64,000 nucleotides of DNA from Eledone cirrhosa (GCA_964016885.1 OZ024756.1:1054001-1118000); one strand, 5' to 3'. Shown: positions 13,341-27,083, counted from the stretch's first letter. Numbers and translations: made by a program. Notes: generated by a model from the sequence alone, not told the origin.

Positions 13341-14783
13341 ATTTATTAATGCATGGACAGTTATATGACCTCCTTTTCAGCCGAGAGACATACCAATACA
13401 TATTCAAACATTGATACATATTCAAACATTGTGGGTCAACATTCATTACAGAATTTAGAGTGGCAGTACACACTTCGAGATTACATTTATATTAATAGGT
13501 ACAATCAAAAATCAAAGATATAGGTTAAAGTACAACATGAAGATAAGTGGTTATATAGTGCAAATGTTATATGTGTGGCACGCATGTGCGTCTTGTTTAT
13601 ATAGTGTGGCAGAGAGATATGTGTGGTAGAGGCACTTAGGTAGGTAAATAAGAGTGTTAGGTTGGTAGATCTGGTGGCAAAGTCTTTATATGATTGATGT
13701 AGTCTGTGTGTGGAGAAATATTATAAGCATTAAAGATAGTGCAAGCATTAAAAGTGTTATAAGTATTGGAGATGCACAGCGCAGGGATGTCAAGTAATTC
13801 ATGTACTTCGGCATTTTCATGGTCAAGGGAGTGTATATTTCGATTATATGCCTTTCACATAATCCACGACAATCCAGTTAGAGATCGTAGTCTGGTGTTC
13901 TTTAGTTCGATACAGGAGGTTGTTACGTTTCGAGAAACGCCATTGAATACCGGAAGTGTGTGTGTGGCTAAGGGGAGTTAATGCATGCGGGGAGGTAACT
14001 CTGGGGTTTCCATATCTAGCCATTAAAATGTGTCCCAATATAGACCCTAAATTCTATGGTGAGGTGCACCTTCCAAGAGAGACTTTTAAAGCATAAAGTG
14101 TACTAACTATAGAGTAGTTTAACTAAATTATGCTGAAGGTGATCATATTATTATTAAGGTGGATTAACCCATCATAAGGTGCTACAAATGGAAATTATAG
14201 ATGATGAGCGAGGATTCTAAATTAATGATCTCTGTGGTTGTAGTCTGCTCATATGGCCAGGTGCGGTGATTGCAGGATTGCTTCAGGACCCAATGATCTC
14301 TGGTAAGATCTGGGTCATCACTTGCTACATTGGATGTCGAAAGATAATCGTCCCCAGGCAGGCCGAAGGTCAATCCGCAGTCCTCGCGACCCCTCTCTGA
14401 CCGTCAGATCATCCTTATACGTACAACCCGCACGGCAGTTGCATTGCATTCACTCACTGCGCTCCGCAGCCCGGTCCTACTGGTCAACAGCGCTACTCGA
14501 TTAAATCATTTTACATCTGTCTAAGGAAGGTGTTTCCTCTGCCCAACACCATCCAACCGATCAATTCATGCTCAAATTACCCTTAGAGCGGTGTAGTGCC
14601 GTCCAAGTGGGTGGATGTTGTCACACCTGCCGTAGAGGTATAAATGGGTATTTTCCCTGCGAAGGGTTCCAGAGGGATGTCGTTGTTTGTGTTATAATGG
14701 ATCAGCTAGTGTTGGGTATGTAGTATAGGGTGTGTCTCTGGTGTTTGATGCTAGATGTGGTGTTAGGTTCCAGTCCGACATTG

Positions 14784-16247
14784 CTATATATAGGGCTTAA
14801 AGTTTTGGAAGGAATGTCTGAGGCGGTGCTGGCAAGTTGCAAACACCTCAGATTTTTTGTTAAGTAGGTTACGGTTGGAGAAGATAATATTGTGTGTCTC
14901 TAGTATACAGAGGTTACAGAATTTATTAGGTGGTTTGTACGAGGTCGCGCTGCCTATCACTTCCCATTTGAGTGTGTATGGTTTATTTTTAGATTTTAGA
15001 TAGTGTATGTAGCTAGAAAGTGATGTGGAGTTGGCTAGGCTGTGCTTTTTGAACGAGTGGATGTGCGAGTTATATCTGATTTTGAAGCAGTTAGAAGTGG
15101 AGCCTACATAGGTTTCTGAAGAGTTATTAGTCGTGACTGTGCATGAGTATATGACATCCTTGGTTAGGCATTTTTTATCTAAAGGGCAGGTTCTATTAGC
15201 TCTACAGTTACAATTATTCTGTGCGTTAGTCCGCTGGTTATAATGCAATGCGGAAGTCTGTGTGGTGGATATAGGATTTTGGGTGTTCGGGTTGACAACC
15301 CTGGTGTTATTACTTATACTAGTGTTATTTCTATTGTTACTGCCGTTGCTATTGTTGCTTGCTACAGTGGTATTTAGAGGGTTTGCATCCCGTTGTGATT
15401 TTGTTTGTTGGAAGTAAGAACTAATTTTACTATTATTGCTGCTAGCTATGTGGTATGCTAAGTTAGGCGTCGTAGAGTAAGAGATTTTAATGGTGTTTTT
15501 GTTTAAGAGGTTGTGGTACTTGTGTCCTAGAGGGAAGTTTTTATCTAGTAGTGAGAAGAAAGCCCTAGGTATGTTGGTGGAGACAATTAGGTTGAAAGGA
15601 GGGTTGAAAAATGTATTATTTCTTCTTCTATTTTTGCTTTTAGTGTTTGGTGTGTTGCTTCCTCCTAAGGCCTCACAGTAGTTTCCATGGTAATGGTTAC
15701 TTCCGGTGGCACCCTCCGCTTTGGTGCACTTGTGGTTGCTATTCCTATTATTAGATTTCCTCATGGACATGTTGTGCGAGATGATGTTGTAGCTATGTGT
15801 TTTCTTAGGTAGGAACTCAATTTCTATATTATGGCCGGAGCTAGCTAATGCTTGATTGTAATATTGTGAGTTTTTGCTAAATATGTTTGCGTCATAGGAC
15901 AGACTAGAGATTCTATTGGACACCCCCTTAGAGATAGAGTTTAATATTGATCTAGGGTGATTAGACTTGGTATCTACGTAAATAAGTTTCTCATTAGGCT
16001 TATGGAAAGGTGTATATATTTTTGAGTCTAGGTATAGTGTGGCGTCTAGGAAGTTAACATTTTTAGTGTTTTTGTCCATGGTGATACTAAGGTTAAAGTT
16101 TTTGAATGTCTTATGCAGTTGTTTTCTAGTTCTTTCTATATTAAATTTTTTATATTCTATGAGTAGAAGTGCATCATCGCGGTACAAACCACCGTTGAGG
16201 TAAGGGAGGTCTTTATGGATTTCATTGAGGAGGTATAGGCCGACCAA
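14784..16247 (-). pseudogene. C-terminal part of the PLE RT/GIY-YIG ORF (5'-truncated)
   Basis: Matches about residues 334-819 of the 16736 ORF; the only difference I spotted is FNLIVS vs FNLNVS. The native start is missing. Confidence 0.92.
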
Positions 16248-16439
16248 ATCTTTAACCTATATCTTTGATTTTTGATTGTACCTATTAATATAAATGTAAT
16301 CTCGAAGTGTGTACTGCCACTCTAAATTCTGTAATGAATGTTGACCCACAATGTTTGAATATGTATCAATGTTTGAATATGTATTGGTATGTCTCTCGGC
16401 TGAAAAGGAGGTCATATAACTGTCCATGCATTAATAAAT

Positions 16440-16486
16440 TGCTCCGAAGAATCCAAACCTCGGTTTGGAGGAAACAGCTGTAAGCA
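16440..16486 (+). ncRNA. Minimal type I hammerhead motif (U4C core variant) in the 5' pLTR
   Basis: tgct-CCGAAGA-atccaaac ctcg gtttggag-GAAA-cagctg-TA-agca, with palindromic stem III. Confidence 0.72.
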
Positions 16487-16735
16487 CAATAATGTTTTGA
16501 ACAGTTCTTTGATTCTTATATTTCATATAACTGCTCTGTAAATCATCTGATGTTTTTACATTGAGCTACTTAACTTACTGGTAATAAGGTAGTAATACAT
16601 TACTGCCTACCACTATTTAGGGTGTGTGTAAAATACTTACAACTGCTTAAGGTTTTGTGTTTACATAACCATAAATAGTATAACTAATACTATTAACTGC
16701 TCCATATCGTTGAGCTGACATATAATATTGCCAAT

Positions 16736-19195
16736 ATGCTAATCAAAGACCAACTCCCCATGTCAACCAAGAACATACCAATACCATCCAGGAATACATA
16801 TGAGAAATTGCTGATCAACAGTGTAAATTCATTTATCAATAGAGTGAGATGGAGGACATTCCATTATGATAGAAACAAATCTAACAACTTGAATAATACT
16901 AACAATTTTGACTCCTTCGGCTTTAAAACCTTTAAAAGCCCCCCTCATAACACTCTACTTAACTCCTTTGAAAATGACCTAGTTAAACTAGTTAAGAACA
17001 TTAAATACAATAAGCACCATATTAGAAGCAACACCTTCTTAAACAAACTTAACACTTCTATTAGTGGATTCAAAACTAGTAATAAAATTATTGTACACGC
17101 AGATAAAACTAATAACATATACAGCCTAGATTATATTACTTATAGAAAGTTTATATATAATGAACTACATAAAAGCTACAAAAAAACCACCTTGAAAAAC
17201 TTAGAAGATATTAATGTAGAGGGTTATAATATAGTGTCTAAACTAGGACTACAGAGGCATACACAACCTTTCACTCCGAACCCCCCTAGATTCTCTCTGA
17301 AGGACCATAAGGAGAACTTCATCAGCAACCCCACGATAAGACTTATCTGCCCTTCCAAGTCCGACATTGGTATTATCAGCAAGAAGATTTTGGATAAAAT
17401 CATCCCACAAATTAAACACAAGATACACCTTAAACAATGGGGAAATACGGGTGAAGTAATTGAATGGTTTAAGGATATCAAGAATAATAAGAACAAAAAA
17501 TTTATTCAATTTGATATCAATTCATACTACACCTCTATTTCCCCTATCCTATTAAATAAGGCACTTATCATGGCCATGGCCAATAGCGACCTGACTAGAG
17601 CCCAGGTTGATGTCATCCTTGCGGCCCGTAAAACCATAATCACCTTCGAGGACCAACTATGGACACGCAAGGATACGCACAACAACTTCGACATAACCAT
17701 GGGATCTAGTGACTCGGCGCAGGTCACTGATTTGGTCGGCCTATACCTCCTCAATGAAATCCATAAAGACCTCCCTTACCTCAACGGTGGTTTGTACCGC
17801 GATGATGCACTTCTACTCATAGAATATAAAAAATTTAATATAGAAAGAACTAGAAAACAACTGCATAAGACATTCAAAAACTTTAACCTTAGTATCACCA
17901 TGGACAAAAACACTAAAAATGTTAACTTCCTAGACGCCACACTATACCTAGACTCAAAAATATATACACCTTTCCATAAGCCTAATGAGAAACTTATTTA
18001 CGTAGATACCAAGTCTAATCACCCTAGATCAATATTAAACTCTATCTCTAAGGGGGTGTCCAATAGAATCTCTAGTCTGTCCTATGACGCAAACATATTT
18101 AGCAAAAACTCACAATATTACAATCAAGCATTAGCTAGCTCCGGCCATAATATAGAAATTGAGTTCCTACCTAAGAAAACACATAGCTACAACATCATCT
18201 CGCACAACATGTCCATGAGGAAATCTAATAATAGGAATAGCAACCACAAGTGCACCAAAGCGGAGGGTGCCACCGGAAGTAACCATTACCATGGAAACTA
18301 CTGTGAGGCCTTAGGAGGAAGCAACACACCAAACACTAAAAGCAAAAATAGAAGAAGAAATAATACATTTTTCAACCCTCCTTTCAACCTAAATGTCTCC
18401 ACCAACATACCTAGGGCTTTCTTCTCACTACTAGATAAAAACTTCCCTCTAGGACACAAGTACCACAACCTCTTAAACAAAAACACCATTAAAATCTCTT
18501 ACTCTACGACGCCTAACTTAGCATACCACATAGCTAGCAGCAATAATAGTAAAATTAGTTCTTACTTCCAACAAACAAAATCACAACGGGATGCAAACCC
18601 TCTAAATACCACTGTAGCAAGCAACAATAGCAACGGCAGTAACAATAGAAATAACACTAGTATAAGTAATAACACCAGGGTTGTCAACCCGAACACCCAA
18701 AATCCTATATCCACCACACAGACTTCCGCATTGCATTATAACCAGCGGACTAACGCACAGAATAATTGTAACTGTAGAGCTAATAGAACCTGCCCTTTAG
18801 ATAAAAAATGCCTAACCAAGGATGTCATATACTCATGCACAGTCACGACTAATAACTCTTCAGAAACCTATGTAGGCTCCACTTCTAACTGCTTCAAAAT
18901 CAGATATAACTCGCACATCCACTCGTTCAAAAAGCACAGCCTAGCCAACTCCACATCACTTTCTAGCTACATACACTATCTAAAATCTAAAAATAAACCA
19001 TACACACTCAAATGGGAAGTGATAGGCAGCGCGACCTCGTACAAACCACCTAATAAATTCTGTAACCTCTGTATACTAGAGACACACAATATTATCTTCT
19101 CCAACCGTAACCTACTTAACAAAAAATCTGAGGTGTTTGCAACTTGCCAGCACCGCCTCAGACATTCCTTCCAAAACTTTAAGCCCTATATATAG
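16736..19195 (+). CDS. PLE polyprotein: reverse transcriptase + zinc knuckle + GIY-YIG endonuclease (Naiad-like), 819 aa
   Basis: KNIPIPS..RVRWR N-terminus; ADKT; LKDHK; FDINSYY; FDITMGS; GLYRDD; FLD; FNPPF; CNCx5Cx5C knuckle; VIY..YVGST..FKIRYNSH; CNLC..CQH. Confidence 0.95.
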   Translation: MLIKDQLPMSTKNIPIPSRNTYEKLLINSVNSFINRVRWRTFHYDRNKSNNLNNTNNFDSFGFKTFKSPPHNTLLNSFENDLVKLVKNIKYNKHHIRSNTFLNKLNTSISGFKTSNKIIVHADKTNNIYSLDYITYRKFIYNELHKSYKKTTLKNLEDINVEGYNIVSKLGLQRHTQPFTPNPPRFSLKDHKENFISNPTIRLICPSKSDIGIISKKILDKIIPQIKHKIHLKQWGNTGEVIEWFKDIKNNKNKKFIQFDINSYYTSISPILLNKALIMAMANSDLTRAQVDVILAARKTIITFEDQLWTRKDTHNNFDITMGSSDSAQVTDLVGLYLLNEIHKDLPYLNGGLYRDDALLLIEYKKFNIERTRKQLHKTFKNFNLSITMDKNTKNVNFLDATLYLDSKIYTPFHKPNEKLIYVDTKSNHPRSILNSISKGVSNRISSLSYDANIFSKNSQYYNQALASSGHNIEIEFLPKKTHSYNIISHNMSMRKSNNRNSNHKCTKAEGATGSNHYHGNYCEALGGSNTPNTKSKNRRRNNTFFNPPFNLNVSTNIPRAFFSLLDKNFPLGHKYHNLLNKNTIKISYSTTPNLAYHIASSNNSKISSYFQQTKSQRDANPLNTTVASNNSNGSNNRNNTSISNNTRVVNPNTQNPISTTQTSALHYNQRTNAQNNCNCRANRTCPLDKKCLTKDVIYSCTVTTNNSSETYVGSTSNCFKIRYNSHIHSFKKHSLANSTSLSSYIHYLKSKNKPYTLKWEVIGSATSYKPPNKFCNLCILETHNIIFSNRNLLNKKSEVFATCQHRLRHSFQNFKPYI

Positions 19196-20638
19196 CAATG
19201 TCGGACTGGAACCTAACACCACATCTAGCATCAAACACCAGAGACACACCCTATACTACATACCCAACACTAGCTGATCCATTATAACACAAACAACGAC
19301 ATCCCTCTGGAACCCTTCGCAGGGAAAATACCCATTTATACCTCTACGGCAGGTGTGACAACATCCACCCACTTGGACGGCACTACACCGCTCTAAGGGT
19401 AATTTGAGCATGAATTGATCGGTTGGATGGTGTTGGGCAGAGGAAACACCTTCCTTAGACAGATGTAAAATGATTTAATCGAGTAGCGCTGTTGACCAGT
19501 AGGACCGGGCTGCGGAGCGCAGTGAGTGAATGCAATGCAACTGCCGTGCGGGTTGTACGTATAAGGATGATCTGACGGTCAGAGAGGGGTCGCGAGGACT
19601 GCGGATTGACCTTCGGCCTGCCTGGGGACGATTATCTTTCGACATCCAATGTAGCAAGTGATGACCCAGATCTTACCAGAGATCATTGGGTCCTGAAGCA
19701 ATCCTGCAATCACCGCACCTGGCCATATGAGCAGACTACAACCACAGAGATCATTAATTTAGAATCCTCGCTCATCATCTATAATTTCCATTTGTAGCAC
19801 CTTATGATGGGTTAATCCACCTTAATAATAATATGATCACCTTCAGCATAATTTAGTTAAACTACTCTATAGTTAGTACACTTTATGCTTTAAAAGTCTC
19901 TCTTGGAAGGTGCACCTCACCATAGAATTTAGGGTCTATATTGGGACACATTTTAATGGCTAGATATGGAAACCCCAGAGTTACCTCCCCGCATGCATTA
20001 ACTCCCCTTAGCCACACACACACTTCCGGTATTCAATGGCGTTTCTCGAAACGTAACAACCTCCTGTATCGAACTAAAGAACACCAGACTACGATCTCTA
20101 ACTGGATTGTCGTGGATTATGTGAAAGGCATATAATCGAAATATACACTCCCTTGACCATGAAAATGCCGAAGTACATGAATTACTTGACATCCCTGCGC
20201 TGTGCATCTCCAATACTTATAACACTTTTAATGCTTGCACTATCTTTAATGCTTATAATATTTCTTCACACACAGACTACATCAATCATATAAAGACTTT
20301 GCCACCAGATCTACCAACCTAACACTCTTATTTACCTACCTAAGTGCCTCTACCACACATATCTCTCTGCCACACTATATAAACAAGACGCACATGCGTG
20401 CCACACATATAACATTTGCACTATATAACCACTTATCTTCATGTTGTACTTTAACCTATATCTTTGATTTTTGATTGTACCTATTAATATAAATGTAATC
20501 TCGAAGTGTGTACTGCCACTCTAAATTCTGTAATGAATGTTGACCCACAATGTTTGAATATGTATCAATGTTTGAATATGTATTGGTATGTCTCTCGGCT
20601 GAAAAGGAGGTCATATAACTGTCCATGCATTAATAAAT

Positions 20639-20685
20639 TGCTCCGAAGAATCCAAACCTCGGTTTGGAGGAAACAGCTGTAAGCA
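20639..20685 (+). ncRNA. Hammerhead motif in the 3' pLTR
   Basis: Identical to 16440-16486. Confidence 0.72.
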
Positions 20686-20884
20686 CAATAATGTTTTGAA
20701 CAGTTCTTTGATTCTTATATTTCATATATAAATATATATATATTTATGTATATATGTATATAGTATATATATAAATACATATATATATAGTATATATATA
20801 TAAATACATATATATATATGTATATATTTATATATATATATATATATGTGTGTCTCACACCATATTTCCCTCATACGACGTCAG

Positions 20885-20931
<47 letters not shown>

Positions 20932-21025
20932 GTAACGGAGGAGGTGTGGTAAGGAACCAGGTGGACCATAACGCACCAGAGTACTCAATACTTATGGTAG
21001 TAGAGTGGGTAATAGGAAAATGTTT

Positions 21026-21136
21026 GACCCCGACGGCAGAGCTCAAGCCATTTCGACGGCTTTATCTGGACAAAATTAGAATTCTAATTTAGTCCACAAA
21101 TGGCCGTCGAAACGGCTTGAGCTCTGCTGTCGGGGT
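21026..21136. repeat. Fold-back inverted repeat inside a short dispersed repeat (related pieces at about 45912-46025 and 49990-50118)
   Basis: ccccgacggcagagctcaagcc.tttcgacggc pairs with ggccgtcgaaacggcttgagctctgctgtcgggg. Confidence 0.8.
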
Positions 21137-21170
21137 GAAAGATTTTCCTATATATATATATATACGTGGT

Positions 21171-22439
<1,269 letters not shown>

Positions 22440-22857
22440 GATACTGGTTCAGTCTAGTTCAAACTGAATTGGTCTGTCCCAGTCATTCATTGAGCAACAT
22501 CGGTGAAGTTGGCACCCTTAACTCACAGTTGGGTGCGGATGCACTCATGTATATATGTGTGTGTCCGCATGTATCTGTGTGTTTCTAAATATATTAATAA
22601 CTCCCTCTGGTCGAGCAATCTTTGAAGTGTGGGGACAACTGGAAAGCTTCCATTACTCATACTTCTCGCCTTCTTCACTACCTCTTCTGCGGCCTCGATA
22701 TGAATACCCCCTCCGCCTCCGTGGTATTTTCTTCGTGGTTATAAGAGGCTTAGCTCTGTTTCTCGACCGTTATATCGCGTGACTATCTCCCCCTCCGCCT
22801 TTTGGGATTCTTTCTCACGCCGTGTAGGCGCGTTCTTGAGACTAGTAAAATGAGGTA

Positions 22858-22945
22858 TCCTCTTGATATGTTGGCAGACCTCGCAAGGACTCTATATCTT
22901 TGATATATTGTTTTTGTTTATGCCACGAAACTACGTAGTCGAGGA
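22858..22945 (+). ncRNA. Variant hammerhead motif in tandem unit 1
   Basis: tcctc-TTGATAT-gttggca...tgccac-GAAA-ctacgtag-TC-gagga. Confidence 0.55.
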
Positions 22946-23448
22946 ATTTAGGAACAGTTTAGGTATGATACATTTTATTACTAATTATATCTAAATGTTT
23001 CTTCTCTCTTCATAATGTATTTTTAACTCTGATACTGGTTCAGTCTAGTTCAAACTGAATTGGTCTGTCCCAGTCATTCATTGAGCAACATCGGTGAAGT
23101 TGGCACCCTTAACTCACAGTTGGGTGCGGATGCACTCATGTATATATGTGTGTGTCCGCATGTATCTGTGTGTTTCTAAATATATTAATAACTCCCTCTG
23201 GTCGAGCAATCTTTGAAGTGTGGGGACAACTGGAAAGCTTCCATTACTCATACTTCTCGCCTTCTTCACTACCTCTTCTGCGGCCTCGATATGAATACCC
23301 CCTCCGCCTCCGTGGTATTTTCTTCGTGGTTATAAGAGGCTTAGCTCTGTTTCTCGACCGTTATATCGCGTGACTATCTCCCCCTCCGCCTTTTGGGATT
23401 CTTTCTCACGCCGTGTAGACGCGTTCTTGAGACTAGTAAAATGAGGTA

Positions 23449-23536
23449 TCCTCTTGATATGTTGGCAGACCTCGCAAGGACTCTATATCTTTGATATATT
23501 GTTTTTGTTTATGCCACGAAACTACGTAGTCGAGGA
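23449..23536 (+). ncRNA. Variant hammerhead motif in tandem unit 2
   Basis: Same motif as 22858-22945. Confidence 0.55.
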
Positions 23537-23611
23537 ATTTAGGAACAGTTTAGGTATGATACATTTTATTACTAATTATATCTAAATGTTTCTTCTCTCT
23601 TCATAATGTAT

Positions 23612-23700
23612 ATATATATATATGTATATATATGTATATATGCATATATATATATGTATATATATATATGTATATATATATATATGTATATATATAAATG

Positions 23701-23735
<35 letters not shown>

Positions 23736-23982
23736 GTATATATATATATGTATATATATATATGTATATATATATATATGTATATATATGTATATACATA
23801 TATGTATATATATGTATATACATATATGTATATATATGTATATATATGTATATATATATATGTATATATATATATGTATATATATGTATTTACATATATG
23901 TATATATATGTATGTATATATATGTATATGTATATATATATATATGTATATGTATATATATATATGTGTATATATATATGTG

Positions 23983-24073
<91 letters not shown>

Positions 24074-24470
24074 GTATATATATGTATATATATATGTATG
24101 TATATATATGTATATATATATATGTATATATACGTATATATATATATGTATATATATGTATATATATATATGTATATATATATATGTATATATATGTATA
24201 TATATATATGTATATATATGTATATATATATATGTATATATATATATGTATATATATGTATATATATATATATGTATATATATGTATATATATATATGTA
24301 TATATATATATGTATATATATGTATATATATATATATATGTATATATATGTATATATATATATGTATATATATATATGTATATATATGTATATATATGTA
24401 TATATATATATGTATATATATATATGTATATATATATGTATATATATGTATATATATGTATATATATGTA
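23612..24470. repeat. (TA)n/(TATG) microsatellite
   Basis: Direct inspection. Confidence 0.95.
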
Positions 24471-24471
24471 T

Positions 24472-24502
24472 ACTAGCATTAAAGCCCGGCGTTGCTCGGG
24501 GT
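24472..24502 (-). mobile_element. Helitron-like 3' terminus
   Basis: Minus strand: hairpin cccgagcaacgccggg, then tttaatg-CTAG-T. Confidence 0.55.
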
Positions 24503-24906
24503 CATTAATTTACCAAAGTTAGGTTGCACCACCCGTTTTATGGCAGCACTTTTTTGTCTGCCAGGCACTGGGTGAATGAATTGCAGACCTCTCTCTCTAC
24601 ATCCATTACACTCTCTGTCTCTCGCCTTTGGCCTACCTCCCTCTCAACATCTATGAACCTGCCCTCTGGGGCAATAAATAATTCCGACCTTAACTATCAA
24701 CGCATCTCTCCAAAGGTAACCAGTATAATAAAACCCCTACCATAACATTTTGATTAAGATATCTACAAACCACTCTCTCCTACTTCTCCAACCTCTGCAT
24801 ATCTTTCTCTATCTCTCCCTCTCCCCTACTTTTCTCTCTTTCTTTTCTACTCTATCTTCCCCAACAACCCCACTTAAGGGTATTTACATTGTACATTTTA
24901 CCATTC

Positions 24907-25018
24907 TGCTCTGAGGAAACAGTGGTCACAGCATTGGATATTCGAGTTCTGCAAGTACTTGTGAATTTGCACATAGCATAACTAGGCTGTAGTACCACCG
25001 CGGAAACACTTGTAAGCA
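24907..25018 (+). ncRNA. Hammerhead motif with long, branched stem II
   Basis: tgct-CTGAGGA-aacagtggtcacagc...gctgtagtaccaccgcg-GAAA-cacttg-TA-agca. Confidence 0.6.
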
Positions 25019-25182
25019 CACGGAATAAATTACCTTTTTATGATGTCTACCTGTTATTATTCATTCTTTATATGTGTATATATATGTATATATATATGTA
25101 TATATATGTGTATATATATGTGTATATGTATGTATATATATATGTGTATATATATCTATATATGTATATATATGTATATATG

Positions 25183-25462
<280 letters not shown>

Positions 25463-25490
25463 TACATATATATGTATATATATGTATATA

Positions 25491-27069
25491 TTCTTTCTCA
25501 ACAGAGGCTATGAACATATTCACTAATGGATACTGTGAAGCAGTCACTGTATTCAGTCAAACCAACAACCTAATAGTAGTTGGGCTCTATAGGCCACCCC
25601 AAACGCCTGTACCATGCTTCAAGGAATGCCTCAACAGCATAAAGTGTTTTATCCAAGAGTGTCACCCTGACAACATCTTAATGATGGGGGACTTCAACCT
25701 CCCCGGAGTTGACTGGTCCACAAACAGCCTGCCACCAGGTTCTTCTGCCTCAACCTCTGACAGGGAAGCAGTGGAATCGCTTCTTGACTTCTTGGATGAT
25801 TTCTTCCTATCCCAACTGGTGCTCGAACCAACGAGGTGCCACAAAAACGCCCTAGACTTAATTTTCAGCAATCACACTGACAATATCCACAATATTGCAG
25901 TGGAGAAAACTCTATCCTTTGATCATGACATGGTTCTCTGTGATCTGAGATTCCACCGTCCAATATACAAACCGACTGTCATCTCTCCTGTCCATCCGTT
26001 TGACGCTATGGATTTCCACAATGCAAACTGGGAAGTGATCAGTAATGATCTTGCACATGTCGACTGGTCCTTCACGCACTCTCATACACCGACTAACATC
26101 AAAAAGTACTGGCGGACATTTGTGGACACTGTTACAAACATATGTGCAAAACACACCCCATTAAGAACTATAAACAAATCTAAGAGCAGAATCCCTAGAA
26201 ATAGAAAAACGCTCATCAGAAAAATTAAGAGAACGAACAAAAAAATCAACAAGCTGAAATACTGTCAGCAGCAACATATCAACTTGACTGCCATTTCATC
26301 ACTAGAGATTAAAAAACATAACCTCCAAAACAACATAATGTCCCTCATCAACAATCAGAGAAGAGCTGAAGAGGCCTGGGCCATTGAGAAGATCAAACTC
26401 AATCCCAAAGTGTTCTTTTCATTTGCAAAAAAACACAAAATCACTGGCTCTACTGTTGGCCCTCTAATTGATGAAAAAGGCACTCTTCAAGACAATGCTA
26501 AAGCCATGGGTGAGATACTGCAGAAACAATACTGCTCTGTTTTCAGCAATCCTGATATGGCCGATCTGGGCTGTATCGGCGATGTTACTCCCCATTACAC
26601 CTTATCGGACATAACGTTTGGCGCCCCTGATGTCTTAGCGGCAATAAAGGAAATCAAGCATAATTCAGCAGTAGGTCCCGATAGGTTCCCTGCTTGTGTC
26701 TTGAAAGCGTATCAACACCAACTTGTATCTCCTCTTGCCAAACTGTGGCGGAACTCACTGGATGCTGGATATGTGCCAGAAAACCTTCTATCCCAGTCTG
26801 TTGTCCCAGTTTTCTCTTCAACATCACACCAGGACACGTCAAAACAGAAACTGACCACACAAAATTCAAGAAGTCTTTGGACAAATTCCACCAAGTAATC
26901 CCGGACAAACCACCGACACCCGGATATGTCTCCGCAAACAGTAATTCTCTTCTCGAATGGGTCATGGTGCCCAAATCCTGAATTGAAAGACTTCGCCAGG
27001 TGGTGCTATTAAGTTAGACATGGCCTGGGCCAATACTGGCCAAAACATTTCAAAGTTATTCAAAGTTAT
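25491..27069 (+). mobile_element. CR1-clade LINE, 5'-truncated with the RT deleted
   Basis: APE motifs (GLYRPP, MGDFNLP, LDLIF, DHDMV) closely match about 61880-63202. Near 26814 it jumps to the element 3' end and ends in a TTCAAAGTTA x2 tail. Confidence 0.9.
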
Positions 27070-27083
27070 ATATATATATGTAA

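Larger units (their letters stand above)
13087..16250 (-). mobile_element. Inverted, 5'-truncated copy of the Naiad-type PLE
   Basis: Reverse complement equals 17729-20448 followed by 16250-16693. Only isolated substitutions seen. Confidence 0.95.
16250..20727 (+). mobile_element. Full-length Naiad-type Penelope-like retroelement with direct pseudo-LTRs
   Basis: 16250-16528 is repeated at 20449-20727 (period 4199 bp). There is a single intact ORF between the repeats and an HHR in each. Confidence 0.93.
22440..23611 (+). repeat. Tandem duplication with a 591-bp period and one HHR-like motif per unit (retrozyme-like)
   Basis: Units start at 22440 and 23031 and are nearly identical. The array is flanked by (TA)n. 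Confidence 0.9.

Noticed and set aside
13766-14504. Small ORFs in the PLE 3' region and their mirrors at 19475-20213
   Set aside because: They are short, mostly have non-ATG starts and no motifs, and are duplicated only because the element is duplicated.
18760-19400. Selenocysteine recoding or SECIS in the Naiad-type element
   Set aside because: There is no in-frame TGA, the conserved Cys codons are TGT/TGC, and I saw no convincing SECIS.
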